From contig JAFUQI010000060.1 in assembly GCA_017481035.1 (NCBI GenBank), forward strand, positions 159 to 64,158: a DNA stretch of 64,000 bases. Reading direction: 5' to 3'. Below, piece by piece: positions 39,094-47,708 of this stretch. Below the pieces are notes generated by a model. The model saw nothing but the letters and a program-made list of their open reading frames with translations, was not told the DNA's origin and did not search any database. The number at the start of each line of letters is the position of its first letter. The first letter of the stretch is position 1. The stretch is from Alphaproteobacteria bacterium (GTDB lineage Bacteria > Pseudomonadota > Alphaproteobacteria > RUG11792). The position numbers and the translations under genes are program-made.

Positions 39094-40989
39094 ATGGAAA
39101 ATAAAAATTTAGAGCTTTTTGCTAATACAATACGTTGCCTTTCAATAGATATGGTAAATGCTGCAAATTCTGGCCATCAAGGTGCTCCATTAGGATTTGC
39201 TGACGTGATGTCAGTTTTATTCAATGGTGCAATGAACTTTAATCCAGGTTGTGAAAATAGAGACAGGTTTATTTTATCTATAGGTCATGCAAGTGCTATG
39301 TTGTATTCATCTCTCTTCTTATCAGGAAAAACCTCTTTAACAATAGGTGACTTAAAGAGTTTTAGAAAGATAGGCTCTGTATGTCAAGGACATCCTGAAA
39401 TAAATAAAGATCTTGGGATAGAAATGACTACAGGTGCTTTAGGACAAGGAATAGCAACAGCTGTTGGTTTTGCGATAGCTCTTAAAAAGAAACATATAAA
39501 AAGCAAAGTTTTTGTTGTAGTCGGAGATGGAGACCTTATGGAGGGGGTATCTCATGAGGCTATGACGCTTGCATCTAAATTAAATTTAGATAATTTAATA
39601 GTGTTATTTGATGATAATGATATATGCATAGATGGTAATGCTTCAGAATTTACTACATGTAATATAGAAAGATTCAAAGCTTATGGTTTTGATATATTTA
39701 AGTCGGATGGACATGACTATGATCAAATTAAAAATACGATTGCTCAAGCTAAATCAAGCAACAGACCATCATTCATCTCATTTAAAACAAAAATTGGAAA
39801 GTTTACAGAGAAGGAAGGAACGAATAAATGTCACGGAAAATTTGTATCGCTTGAGGAAGCAAAAGCAATAAGGACAAAACTAGGACTACCAGAAGAGCCA
39901 TTTTCAATTCCAACAGAATTTATGAAAAGCAATACAACAAAACAAATTAGCAAAACAGATATAGATTTTACAGAATTGCGCAAAGTTATCAATGAAATAA
40001 AAGTCGGATTTATTAATAATCCAGAGGAAAAGTCGACTCGATACTTTGCTGGAAAAGTCTTCGAAAAACTTTCCGAGAAATTTAAATGGTTGATTGGCGG
40101 ATCTGCAGACCTATCTTCATCAAACTGCACTATATCAAGCAATAGCAAAGCTATTACAAAAGAATCATTTGAGGGTAATTATATTCACTATGGAGTAAGA
40201 GAGCATGTTATGGGGTGTATTATGAATGGTCTTGCTATAGAAGGATTTATTCCTTATGGTGGAACTTTTTTAGTGTTTAGTGATTATATGAGACCTGCTA
40301 TTAGGAATGCTGCGCTAATGGGATGCTCTCCAATTTTCGTTTTAACTCATGACTCAATTGCAGTCGGGGAGGATGGGGCGACTCACCAGCCAGTTGAACA
40401 TATTAATTCATTACGGCTTATTCCGAATCTAAATGTATTTAGACCATCATGCGACATAGAAGTTGCAGAATGTATTGAGCTTGCTATCATGAATAGAGCA
40501 ACTCCATCAGCAATACTTTTATCGCGTAATAATGTTAAAAATATAAGAATAACGCATTTTGACGATAACTTATCTTCAAAAGGTGCATACTTGTTATCAG
40601 ATTTTTTGTATAACGGAAACGAACAACTAACCATTTTTGCAACAGGTTCTGAGGTTTCATTAGCATATGAACTAAAGGAATCATTAGAAAGCTATGATAT
40701 AAGAATAGTCTCAGCTCCATGCCTCGAGATATTTAATAAACAGCCAGGAAGCTATAAATCTGATATTTTGTGGTTTAGAAAGTTATTCATAGAAGCCGGA
40801 AACACAGACTTGCTATATAAATACAAAAATAGAGATGATGATAAAGTTATAGGGATTTCAAGTTTTGGCGAATCAGGTACAGCCAAAAATTTATTTGAAA
40901 AATTTAGAATAGATGCAAAAAGCATTATAGAAGATCATTTTGAGTGCGATATATCAAAACGAGATAGAATTAATGTATACTTAAAATAA
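39094..40989 (+). CDS. tkt: Transketolase
   Basis: 631 aa. Has SGHQGAPLG and the ThDP motif GDGDLMEGVSHEA. Confidence 0.9.
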   Translation: MENKNLELFANTIRCLSIDMVNAANSGHQGAPLGFADVMSVLFNGAMNFNPGCENRDRFILSIGHASAMLYSSLFLSGKTSLTIGDLKSFRKIGSVCQGHPEINKDLGIEMTTGALGQGIATAVGFAIALKKKHIKSKVFVVVGDGDLMEGVSHEAMTLASKLNLDNLIVLFDDNDICIDGNASEFTTCNIERFKAYGFDIFKSDGHDYDQIKNTIAQAKSSNRPSFISFKTKIGKFTEKEGTNKCHGKFVSLEEAKAIRTKLGLPEEPFSIPTEFMKSNTTKQISKTDIDFTELRKVINEIKVGFINNPEEKSTRYFAGKVFEKLSEKFKWLIGGSADLSSSNCTISSNSKAITKESFEGNYIHYGVREHVMGCIMNGLAIEGFIPYGGTFLVFSDYMRPAIRNAALMGCSPIFVLTHDSIAVGEDGATHQPVEHINSLRLIPNLNVFRPSCDIEVAECIELAIMNRATPSAILLSRNNVKNIRITHFDDNLSSKGAYLLSDFLYNGNEQLTIFATGSEVSLAYELKESLESYDIRIVSAPCLEIFNKQPGSYKSDILWFRKLFIEAGNTDLLYKYKNRDDDKVIGISSFGESGTAKNLFEKFRIDAKSIIEDHFECDISKRDRINVYLK

Positions 40990-41065
40990 TATCAGCGTTT
41001 ATCACGATTATCTATGAGATTGCATTTACCACGAAAATATAATAGTTGACACAGATACATAAACA

Positions 41066-41114
41066 TTTATGGGAGTTTTTAGAGTTTGACTTATATCTTT
41101 ATACTAAGCTAACC
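41066..41114 (+). promoter_or_regulatory. Copy 3 of the upstream element (before the OMP gene)
   Basis: TTTATGGGAGT(41066-41076)-N9-TTGACT(41086-41091)-N17-CTAACC(41109-41114). The ATG is at 41152. Confidence 0.55.
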
Positions 41115-41151
41115 TATTTATATAAAGATTAAATTTTTAAGGAATAATTTT

Positions 41152-41875
41152 ATGAAACACACTAAGTTAGTTATGTTAGGTATTCTAACCTCAAGTCTAT
41201 ATGCATCCGGATTCTATGGAGGTGTTGATATAGGTGCCTCAATAATTAATGCTAAGGCTAATGGTTACGCAGGAATAAATGTACAAGAACTATTGTTTGA
41301 TATAAATAAATCCAAAGTTAAGTTAGCACCAGGAGCTTTTGTTGGTTATAAAATCAACTCAGAGGCGAATGGGGGGGGTAGAACTATCTTTTAATGCGAA
41401 TATTGGCAAGACTACATATAAGCTAGCAGACTTATATAAGTTTCGAGAAATGATAGGACAAGCTGATATGTATAAATTTACATATCTTTGTTTAAAATTG
41501 TATGAACGATTTTCTGGAACGCTGAAAGGATTAATATCGCATAAGTTCGGAGGTATAGAATTATATATAACTGGTGGGATTAAAGTTAAAAATGTTAAGT
41601 ATAGCTGTGTTGATGTGGCACAATTTAGTACAGTAAGATATACACATAATATGAACTATCAATCAAAAAAGAAAACACATATGACTCCAGTGTTAGGTTG
41701 CGGCATTAAATTTCCTTTTAAAGACAGTTGTTTTATGCGATTAGAATATACATTTGAGTTTCCAGTAAAATTGAAATTAAGCTTGGCTGAAGATCAATCA
41801 ACATGGAAGTTTGGAAGCGAACGCGTTAAACATAATGTTCATAGTATGAAACTTGGAATTGGCACAATGTTTTAA
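41152..41875 (+). pseudogene. Outer-membrane beta-barrel protein (OmpA-like/Opa-like surface antigen fold) interrupted by a G8 tract frameshift
   Basis: Has a signal peptide (MKHTKLVMLGILTSSLYASG) and a C-terminal ...MKLGIGTMF (terminal Phe). The two ORFs overlap at G8 (41371-41378). Removing one G gives ...SEANGGVELSFNANIG... as one protein of about 240 aa. Confidence 0.65.
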
Positions 41876-41895
41876 ATTTCGAGTTTCATACTATT

Positions 41896-41947
41896 AGTGC
41901 GGAGCACCGCGCCATTTTCGCTGGCTGCTTATGCGCAATGCAATAAC
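41896..41947 (+). repeat. GC-rich hairpin module with a ctgcttatgcgcaatgcaata tail
   Basis: agtgcggagcaccgcgccattttcgctggctgcttatgcgcaatgcaataac, located downstream of the OMP gene. Confidence 0.65.
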
Positions 41948-42141
41948 GAATATATGTTATAGTTAGCATAATTATGATGCTTGTCAGTGACGAACTCATA
42001 GATTACTTGTTTCAAACATATAAAAGCTGCTATTATAAATGTTGAGATTTTATATGCTGCATAAAAACAGGAAATTTGCTAAAAGATGCTTTTAGTTTCC
42101 ATAATACACATTATGCGGACATATTCTAGAAAGGATATTTT

Positions 42142-42561
42142 ATGATAGAACGTACATTTTCAATTATTAAACCAGACGCCACAGGCAGAAATATTACTGG
42201 CGAAATAAACTCAATGATAGAATCAGCTGGATTTAGAATAGTTGCTCAGAAACGCGTAAAATTAACGATTGAGCAGGCTCAAAAGTTTTATGAAGTTCAC
42301 AAGGAAAAACCATTCTATAATGATTTATGTGAATTTCTAAGCTCTGCTCCTATAATTGTGCAGGTGCTTGAAAAAGAAAACGCAATAGCAGATTACAGAA
42401 CGTTAATGGGAGCAACTAACCCACAAAATGCAGAAGAAGGAACTATTAGAAAAAAATATGCTTTATCTATAGATCAAAATTCTGTTCATGGATCTGACGC
42501 TCCTGAAACAGCAACTAATGAAATAAGATTTTTCTTTAGTGATACAGAAATTGTTGGATAA
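42142..42561 (+). CDS. ndk: Nucleoside diphosphate kinase
   Basis: 139 aa. Has [11 protein letters not shown] and the active-site motif NSVHGSD. Confidence 0.95.
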   Translation: MIERTFSIIKPDATGRNITGEINSMIESAGFRIVAQKRVKLTIEQAQKFYEVHKEKPFYNDLCEFLSSAPIIVQVLEKENAIADYRTLMGATNPQNAEEGTIRKKYALSIDQNSVHGSDAPETATNEIRFFFSDTEIVG

Positions 42562-42563
42562 AA

Positions 42564-43097
42564 ATGATTAATAAGATAAAAAGGCATATACCAAATATAT
42601 TGTGTTATTTAAGAATAATAGTTGTGCCTTTTTTCTTATTGTGCCTATTGAATAACTTTGAAACACTGTGTTTTATTTTGTTTCTATTTGGCAGTTTAAC
42701 AGACTTTTTTGATGGATACCTTGCAAGAAAATGGAAAGTTGAATCTAAGCTAGGTGCTCTACTCGATCCACTCGCTGACAAAATTTTTTCGAATAGTGCT
42801 TTATGGGGAATTTATTTTAAAACTCATAATCCTTACTTTTTTATTATAGCCACCATATTAACATGCAGAGACACACTGCTTGTATTTGGTGCTTTGATTG
42901 TTTTAGTAAAAAAAATTCACATAGAGCTAAAGCCAATATTCTTAAGCAAAGCTTGTACAGCTATGTTGTTTACTATTATTGCAAACTATTTGCTTTTTGG
43001 AGATAAACAAAAATTTTTTGACGTGCCTATTATTGCTTGTATCGGACTTATATGTTTAACCGCCCTACTCTACTTTACTAGATTATTTAAGCGTTAG
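42564..43097 (+). CDS. pgsA: CDP-diacylglycerol--glycerol-3-phosphate 3-phosphatidyltransferase
   Basis: 177 aa. Has the CDP-alcohol transferase motif DFFDGYLARKW...GALLDPLADK. Confidence 0.8.
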   Translation: MINKIKRHIPNILCYLRIIVVPFFLLCLLNNFETLCFILFLFGSLTDFFDGYLARKWKVESKLGALLDPLADKIFSNSALWGIYFKTHNPYFFIIATILTCRDTLLVFGALIVLVKKIHIELKPIFLSKACTAMLFTIIANYLLFGDKQKFFDVPIIACIGLICLTALLYFTRLFKR

Positions 43098-43189
43098 TTA
43101 TATAAATAACTATCTATTGTCATTGTATTAAATTGACTGACAACCATTCCATAGCAAAGCGATTATAAATTCAGTTTTTGTTAAATAAT

Positions 43190-44149
43190 TTACATTATCA
43201 AAAATTCATCACCTATTGTTTTGAACTTCTGACGTCTGCGAATTTGTCGTGATTTTGAATCTAAAGATAATTCTTTTTGTATATTTTTTATTAACACTTG
43301 TTTTAACGTGTCGGCAGCTAACTTTTTATTCCTATGCGCTCCACCAATTGGCTCCTTTACTATTTCGTCAATCACTCCTAATGCCTTAAGATCTTTCGCT
43401 GTTAGTTTTTGAACTTCTGCTGCTAAGTTGTTTTTTGTTTCATCCTTCCATAGAATCGAAGCACATCCTTCAGGTGAGATTACAGAATATATTGAATGTT
43501 CAAACATTAAAACTTTATCTGCTGTTGCTATAGCTATAGCTCCGCCTGAACCACCCTCCCCTATTATTGTACTTATGAATGGTACTTTTAGTTGAAAGCT
43601 TTTTTCCATGCATTTTGCAATAGCTTCTGCGACTCCGCGTTCTTCTGACTCTAATCCTGGATAAGCTCCAGCTGTATCGATAAACGTTAAAATTGGTAGA
43701 TTGAATTTGTTTGCTAAATCCATAATTCGTATTGCTTTACGATATCCTTCTGGTTTTGGCATTCCGAAATTATGTTTTAACCTGCTTTCTGTATCTATTC
43801 CTTTTTCTTGTCCTATAATACAACATTTTATATTGTCTATTGTTGCAAAACCTGTAATTATAGCTTGATCGTCTGCGAATAATCTATCTCCAGCTATTTC
43901 GATAAAGTCCTCAAAGATATTATCGAGATAATATGTAAATTTTGGACGGTCTGGATGTCTTGAAACTTGCACAGTTTGCCATGGTGTTAATTTTTGATAG
44001 ATTTGTGTAAGCATGCGATCTATCTTGTTTTGCATCCTAGTTATCTCGTTAGCTACGTCTATATCGCCTATTTGTGCTGCGTTACGCAATTCTATGATTT
44101 TTTTTTCAAGTGCAGAAACCTGTTCTTCAAAATCAAAAACTATACTCAT
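43190..44149 (-). CDS. accA: Acetyl-CoA carboxylase carboxyltransferase alpha subunit
   Basis: 319 aa. Contains RHPDRP, FIDTAGAYPG and GEGGSGGA. Confidence 0.9.
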   Translation of the reverse strand: MSIVFDFEEQVSALEKKIIELRNAAQIGDIDVANEITRMQNKIDRMLTQIYQKLTPWQTVQVSRHPDRPKFTYYLDNIFEDFIEIAGDRLFADDQAIITGFATIDNIKCCIIGQEKGIDTESRLKHNFGMPKPEGYRKAIRIMDLANKFNLPILTFIDTAGAYPGLESEERGVAEAIAKCMEKSFQLKVPFISTIIGEGGSGGAIAIATADKVLMFEHSIYSVISPEGCASILWKDETKNNLAAEVQKLTAKDLKALGVIDEIVKEPIGGAHRNKKLAADTLKQVLIKNIQKELSLDSKSRQIRRRQKFKTIGDEFLIM

Positions 44150-44168
44150 TTTTTAAACTGAAAATTAC

Positions 44169-44244
44169 TGGAGGCCGAGACCGGAATCGAACCGATATAC
44201 AAGGATTTGCAGTCCTCTGCATAGCCATTCTGCCACTCGGCCGC
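44169..44244 (-). tRNA. tRNA-Cys (anticodon GCA), CCA encoded
   Basis: The reverse complement GCGGCCGAGTGGCAGAATGGCTATGCAGAGGACTGCAAATCCTTGTATATCGGTTCGATTCCGGTCTCGGCCTCCA folds as a cloverleaf with GCA in the anticodon loop. Confidence 0.85.
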
Positions 44245-44351
44245 TTTTGAAAAAGCTGTTCATATACTAACATGAAAATAATGTTATTTTCAATAAAAAA
44301 AATCTTCCTAGTATTGACAATCATCTTAGAATTGAGAAGCATTCTAACATT

Positions 44352-44400
44352 AACAGGCAGCGCCCAGCGCCCTTCCAGCTGCCTGCTTGTGTGCAATACG
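44352..44400 (+). repeat. GC-rich hairpin module (aacAGGCAGC...GCTGCCTGCTTgtgtgcaatacg)
   Basis: Read directly. Belongs to the same family as 41896-41947. Confidence 0.65.
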
Positions 44401-44514
44401 ATAACGTGCATTAAACTATATATTCATAGATATAATTGCTATACTACATTATGAAACTATATGATACGTACAATTTCGTAGTATCTAAAATGAAACAACC
44501 AAACCACTCCACTA

Positions 44515-44550
44515 TTAAGCCGGCAGCTCCATTTCCCGCCGCCGGCTTAT
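44515..44550 (+). repeat. GC-rich hairpin module (ttAAGCCGGCaGCtccatttcccGCcGCCGGCTTat)
   Basis: The stem is the same as at 2475-2515, 22197-22238 and 58795-58834, but the loop differs. Confidence 0.7.
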
Positions 44551-45048
44551 AAACAAAGAAGCATTTTATAACATTTTATCATAATTAAGCACACAGCACA
44601 GAATAGCGCTAATAGCAGCATGCTTGCTGATATGTCAAACTTATAACAAACACGCATAAAATAAACATAAAATTTACCGAACATCACAAAGCAACATATG
44701 CAACCGCAATCGAAAATAGCAGACAGCTCAAAGCGACATCACAAACCTAAAATATCAACAACAAAACCTAAGCCACCTTCCACGCAAGTGGAACCAGTGG
44801 CTGGGACACAACGACTATATCAAACACAAAACCTTACCTATACTATATATCATTATTCCTACTACTATATTTTTTTGAAAAAATGGTGGCAGTGCCACTT
44901 CCATTTCCTTAAACCAATATATAACCTTAACGTGCCTTGACATATAGTGAAGCTTCATTGATATAATGCGAACAGCCTTTTTGAAATATATAGTTATCAA
45001 AGCATCATAATAGCCATGCATTCAATATGTAGCAGTATAATGCAATAT

Positions 45049-45097
45049 TTAAGCTGGCGGCGTCACGCGTCATTCCCGCATCCTGCTTATGCGCAAC
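45049..45097 (+). repeat. GC-rich hairpin module with a ctgcttatgcgcaac tail
   Basis: ttaagctggcggcgtcacgcgtcattcccgcatcctgcttatgcgcaac. Confidence 0.6.
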
Positions 45098-45185
45098 AAT
45101 AAACTATAATCTTCATTGATATAATTGCCATAGTATGGCAACATAAGCCTTTTTGAAAATATATATAGTAATCATATTGATAGTG

Positions 45186-45208
45186 CGCAATTGATATTAT
45201 CAATTGCG
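45186..45208. repeat. 23-bp perfect palindrome CGCAATTGATA-T-TATCAATTGCG
   Basis: Read directly. A second perfect copy lies at 58608-58630 and a degenerate copy at 38097-38117. Confidence 0.85.
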
Positions 45209-45292
45209 TCTAAGAAATAGCAGTATTAAAGATGTCTTCTACAATATAGCATTTTATTGCTGTATTTATGTAATATAACAATAATAGAATGT

Positions 45293-46411
45293 TTAATATT
45301 TATAATGTTCACTATCTTTTAGTATCGCATAATATATATCTTTTAATTTATATAGTTCTTCAACTTCTATTGATTCATTAACCTTATGCGCACCATCTAT
45401 CTTTGATCCTATTTCAACAACCTGTGTTATGTTGCGTATAGATACAGCATCTGAGTTGCCTCCACTTGTACCTATCGAAGGGATTGTTCCATTTATACGT
45501 TCTAAGGTTTTTGACAGTGAATTTATTAAATCTTGTGAACAACCTACAAATGGTGTTCCAAATCTTTCAAATATACATTCTATGTTTTTTGGAAGCTTTG
45601 TTTTTATATGTTTTTCCAATGATTCAAATGTCCATTCATTATTAAACCTTACATTTAATTTTGCTGTAATCTTGGATGGTATTATATTCCTGACATTATT
45701 ATTTGTATCTATAGAAGTTATTTCTATATCTGATGGATCAAAGAAATCATTTCCACTATCTAATTGTTTTAAGATGAACTCATTAAGAAACGATATAAAT
45801 CTGTGCAGATGATTTTTATATTTTTTTCCATTTACGACATGACATTGATCTCCTGTTGAAATTAAATCAACATTAAGGCTACCTTTGCATCCGATCTTTA
45901 TATATTCGCCAGACTCATTAGCCGAACAACTTTCACATAAAATACATAAAGAAATTTTTTCGTTTTTACTTAAAAGGTGCTCTACTAACTTTTTTGTACC
46001 ATTATCGCCCATGATCTCTTCATCACTTGTTAACATGATGCTTATGGAAAAATCAGGATTTTTTGTTTTAATAAATTCTTTGATGGCTATAATTGCTGAT
46101 ACGAGAGGCCCCTTCATATCATTTACGCCTCTCCCATATAAAACGTTGTCAATTATTTCAAGGTTAAAAGGATCAGTTTTCCAACCGTCCATAGGTGGCA
46201 CTACATCAATATGACCTGCAAAGCAAATATTTTTATCACTATCACCATACTTCGCATAAAGATTTGTTACGCCATCAAATATATATTTTTGGCAACAAAA
46301 CCCTATTTCTGAAAGAATTCCAGAAACATAATCGATAGCTTCTTCTCCGTTTGGAGTTATGGTTTTAAAACTAACTAAGTCTGACAAAATTTTTAACAAT
46401 TCTTTACTCAT
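45293..46411 (-). CDS. dapE: Succinyl-diaminopimelate desuccinylase (M20 family)
   Basis: 372 aa. Contains LVSFKTITPN, FAGHIDVVPP and GRGVNDMKG. Confidence 0.8.
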   Translation of the reverse strand: MSKELLKILSDLVSFKTITPNGEEAIDYVSGILSEIGFCCQKYIFDGVTNLYAKYGDSDKNICFAGHIDVVPPMDGWKTDPFNLEIIDNVLYGRGVNDMKGPLVSAIIAIKEFIKTKNPDFSISIMLTSDEEIMGDNGTKKLVEHLLSKNEKISLCILCESCSANESGEYIKIGCKGSLNVDLISTGDQCHVVNGKKYKNHLHRFISFLNEFILKQLDSGNDFFDPSDIEITSIDTNNNVRNIIPSKITAKLNVRFNNEWTFESLEKHIKTKLPKNIECIFERFGTPFVGCSQDLINSLSKTLERINGTIPSIGTSGGNSDAVSIRNITQVVEIGSKIDGAHKVNESIEVEELYKLKDIYYAILKDSEHYKY

Positions 46412-46424
46412 ATCCTTTTTCCCT

Positions 46425-47003
46425 TCAGCTCAATAATTTTAAACAAGCTACTATAATCTCATTTGTTGATAAATCCTGAGTGTTATTCTTTGAAACTTCC
46501 TCTATTGCCTTCATTATGTTATGCTTTTGATATCCTAAACTTACAAGGCCAAGTATTGCATCATTAACATTTGAGTTGTGTTTCTCGCATATATCTCGAA
46601 CCTTGCCAAGGTTTTTATCCTTTAGTTCTAGGAGTATTCGTTCTGCAGTTTTCTTGCCTATTCCACTAACCTTGCAAAGAGTAACTGTATTTTGGGTAGC
46701 AACAGCTGTAGCGAACTCTTCTATAGAAAGATGAGAAAGAACTGCCATAGCAGATTTAACTCCAATCCCTGGAACATCTAAAAGAGCATTGAATATGTTT
46801 ATCTCTTCATCGTTTGTAAAACCGCATAGATACTGAGTTTCTTGCCTAAAAATATGAGCGATTCTGACAGAAACGTTATCTCCAACAGATAAGTCGTCTA
46901 GCATCTTTGATGATAGAAAAACATGGTATCCTACTCCTGATACATCTATAATAACACTATCATCAAACTTTGTATCTATTATGCCTTTTAGCTTTGCTAT
47001 CAC
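46425..47003 (-). CDS. ruvA: Holliday junction DNA helicase RuvA
   Basis: 192 aa. Starts MIAKLKGII and has HhH motifs (PGIGVKSA, VSGIGKKTAERI). Its GTG start overlaps the upstream TGA. Confidence 0.9.
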   Translation of the reverse strand: MIAKLKGIIDTKFDDSVIIDVSGVGYHVFLSSKMLDDLSVGDNVSVRIAHIFRQETQYLCGFTNDEEINIFNALLDVPGIGVKSAMAVLSHLSIEEFATAVATQNTVTLCKVSGIGKKTAERILLELKDKNLGKVRDICEKHNSNVNDAILGLVSLGYQKHNIMKAIEEVSKNNTQDLSTNEIIVACLKLLS

Positions 47004-47704
47004 TTCTTACACGCTCCGTTGCACCCTTGACATGGCTTATGGTTTTTGTTTGTAACGATAAAGCCGTGTCCAAAACTATTTTCAACTATATCTATATTTG
47101 TTCCATTTATAAGAAGTTCTATTTTTGGATCATAAAAAAATTTGATTCCATCGATATCTATAAATGAATCTGAATCGATATCTGTTTTATAAGCCATCGT
47201 ATATTCAAAACCTGAGCATCCACCAGAGACAACTTTAATCTCGATACCAATTGCATTTTGTTCGTTTATTAATTCTTTGAGTTTTTTCTTTGCACTTTCT
47301 GTTACTGTTATCATATTATTCTCCTTTCTAAGTTTTGCTTTATAGTTATTTATAGCAGCTTCAATAGCTTCCTTTGCAAGAACAGAGCAGTGTTTCTTTA
47401 TATCAGTTAATTCAAGAGAATCCGCAACGTCTTCATTTCTAATTTTTAAAGCTTCATCAATAGTTTTTCCCTTAAGAAGTGTTGTCGTAAGTTCCATCGA
47501 TGCTATTGCTGAAACGCATCCAAATACTTTATATTTGGCATCTACGATAATATCATTTTCATCGAAAAATAATTGCAGCTTCATTACATCGCCACATAAA
47601 GGAGATCCTACAATACCTGTTCCTACATTTTCGAGGTTTTTATCGAATTCGCCTATGTTTTTCATAGCTTCATAGTATTTCATAGTCCTATCGCTGTATT
47701 GCAT
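47000..47704 (-). CDS. Fused Fe-S cluster scaffold IscU and A-type carrier IscA/HesB
   Basis: The N-terminal half is IscU-like (GSPLCGDVMKL, VFGCVSAIAS, KKHCSVLA). The C-terminal half is IscA-like (ITVTESAKKKL, VVSGGCSGFEY, ...CQGC), with no stop between them. I chose the ATG at 47704 (MQYSDRT). Confidence 0.75.
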   Translation of the reverse strand: MQYSDRTMKYYEAMKNIGEFDKNLENVGTGIVGSPLCGDVMKLQLFFDENDIIVDAKYKVFGCVSAIASMELTTTLLKGKTIDEALKIRNEDVADSLELTDIKKHCSVLAKEAIEAAINNYKAKLRKENNMITVTESAKKKLKELINEQNAIGIEIKVVSGGCSGFEYTMAYKTDIDSDSFIDIDGIKFFYDPKIELLINGTNIDIVENSFGHGFIVTNKNHKPCQGCNGACKK

Positions 47705-47708
47705 ACAC

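Noticed and set aside
44133-44411. 92-aa minus-strand ORF
   Set aside because: It overlaps the tRNA-Cys gene and GC-rich repeat modules.
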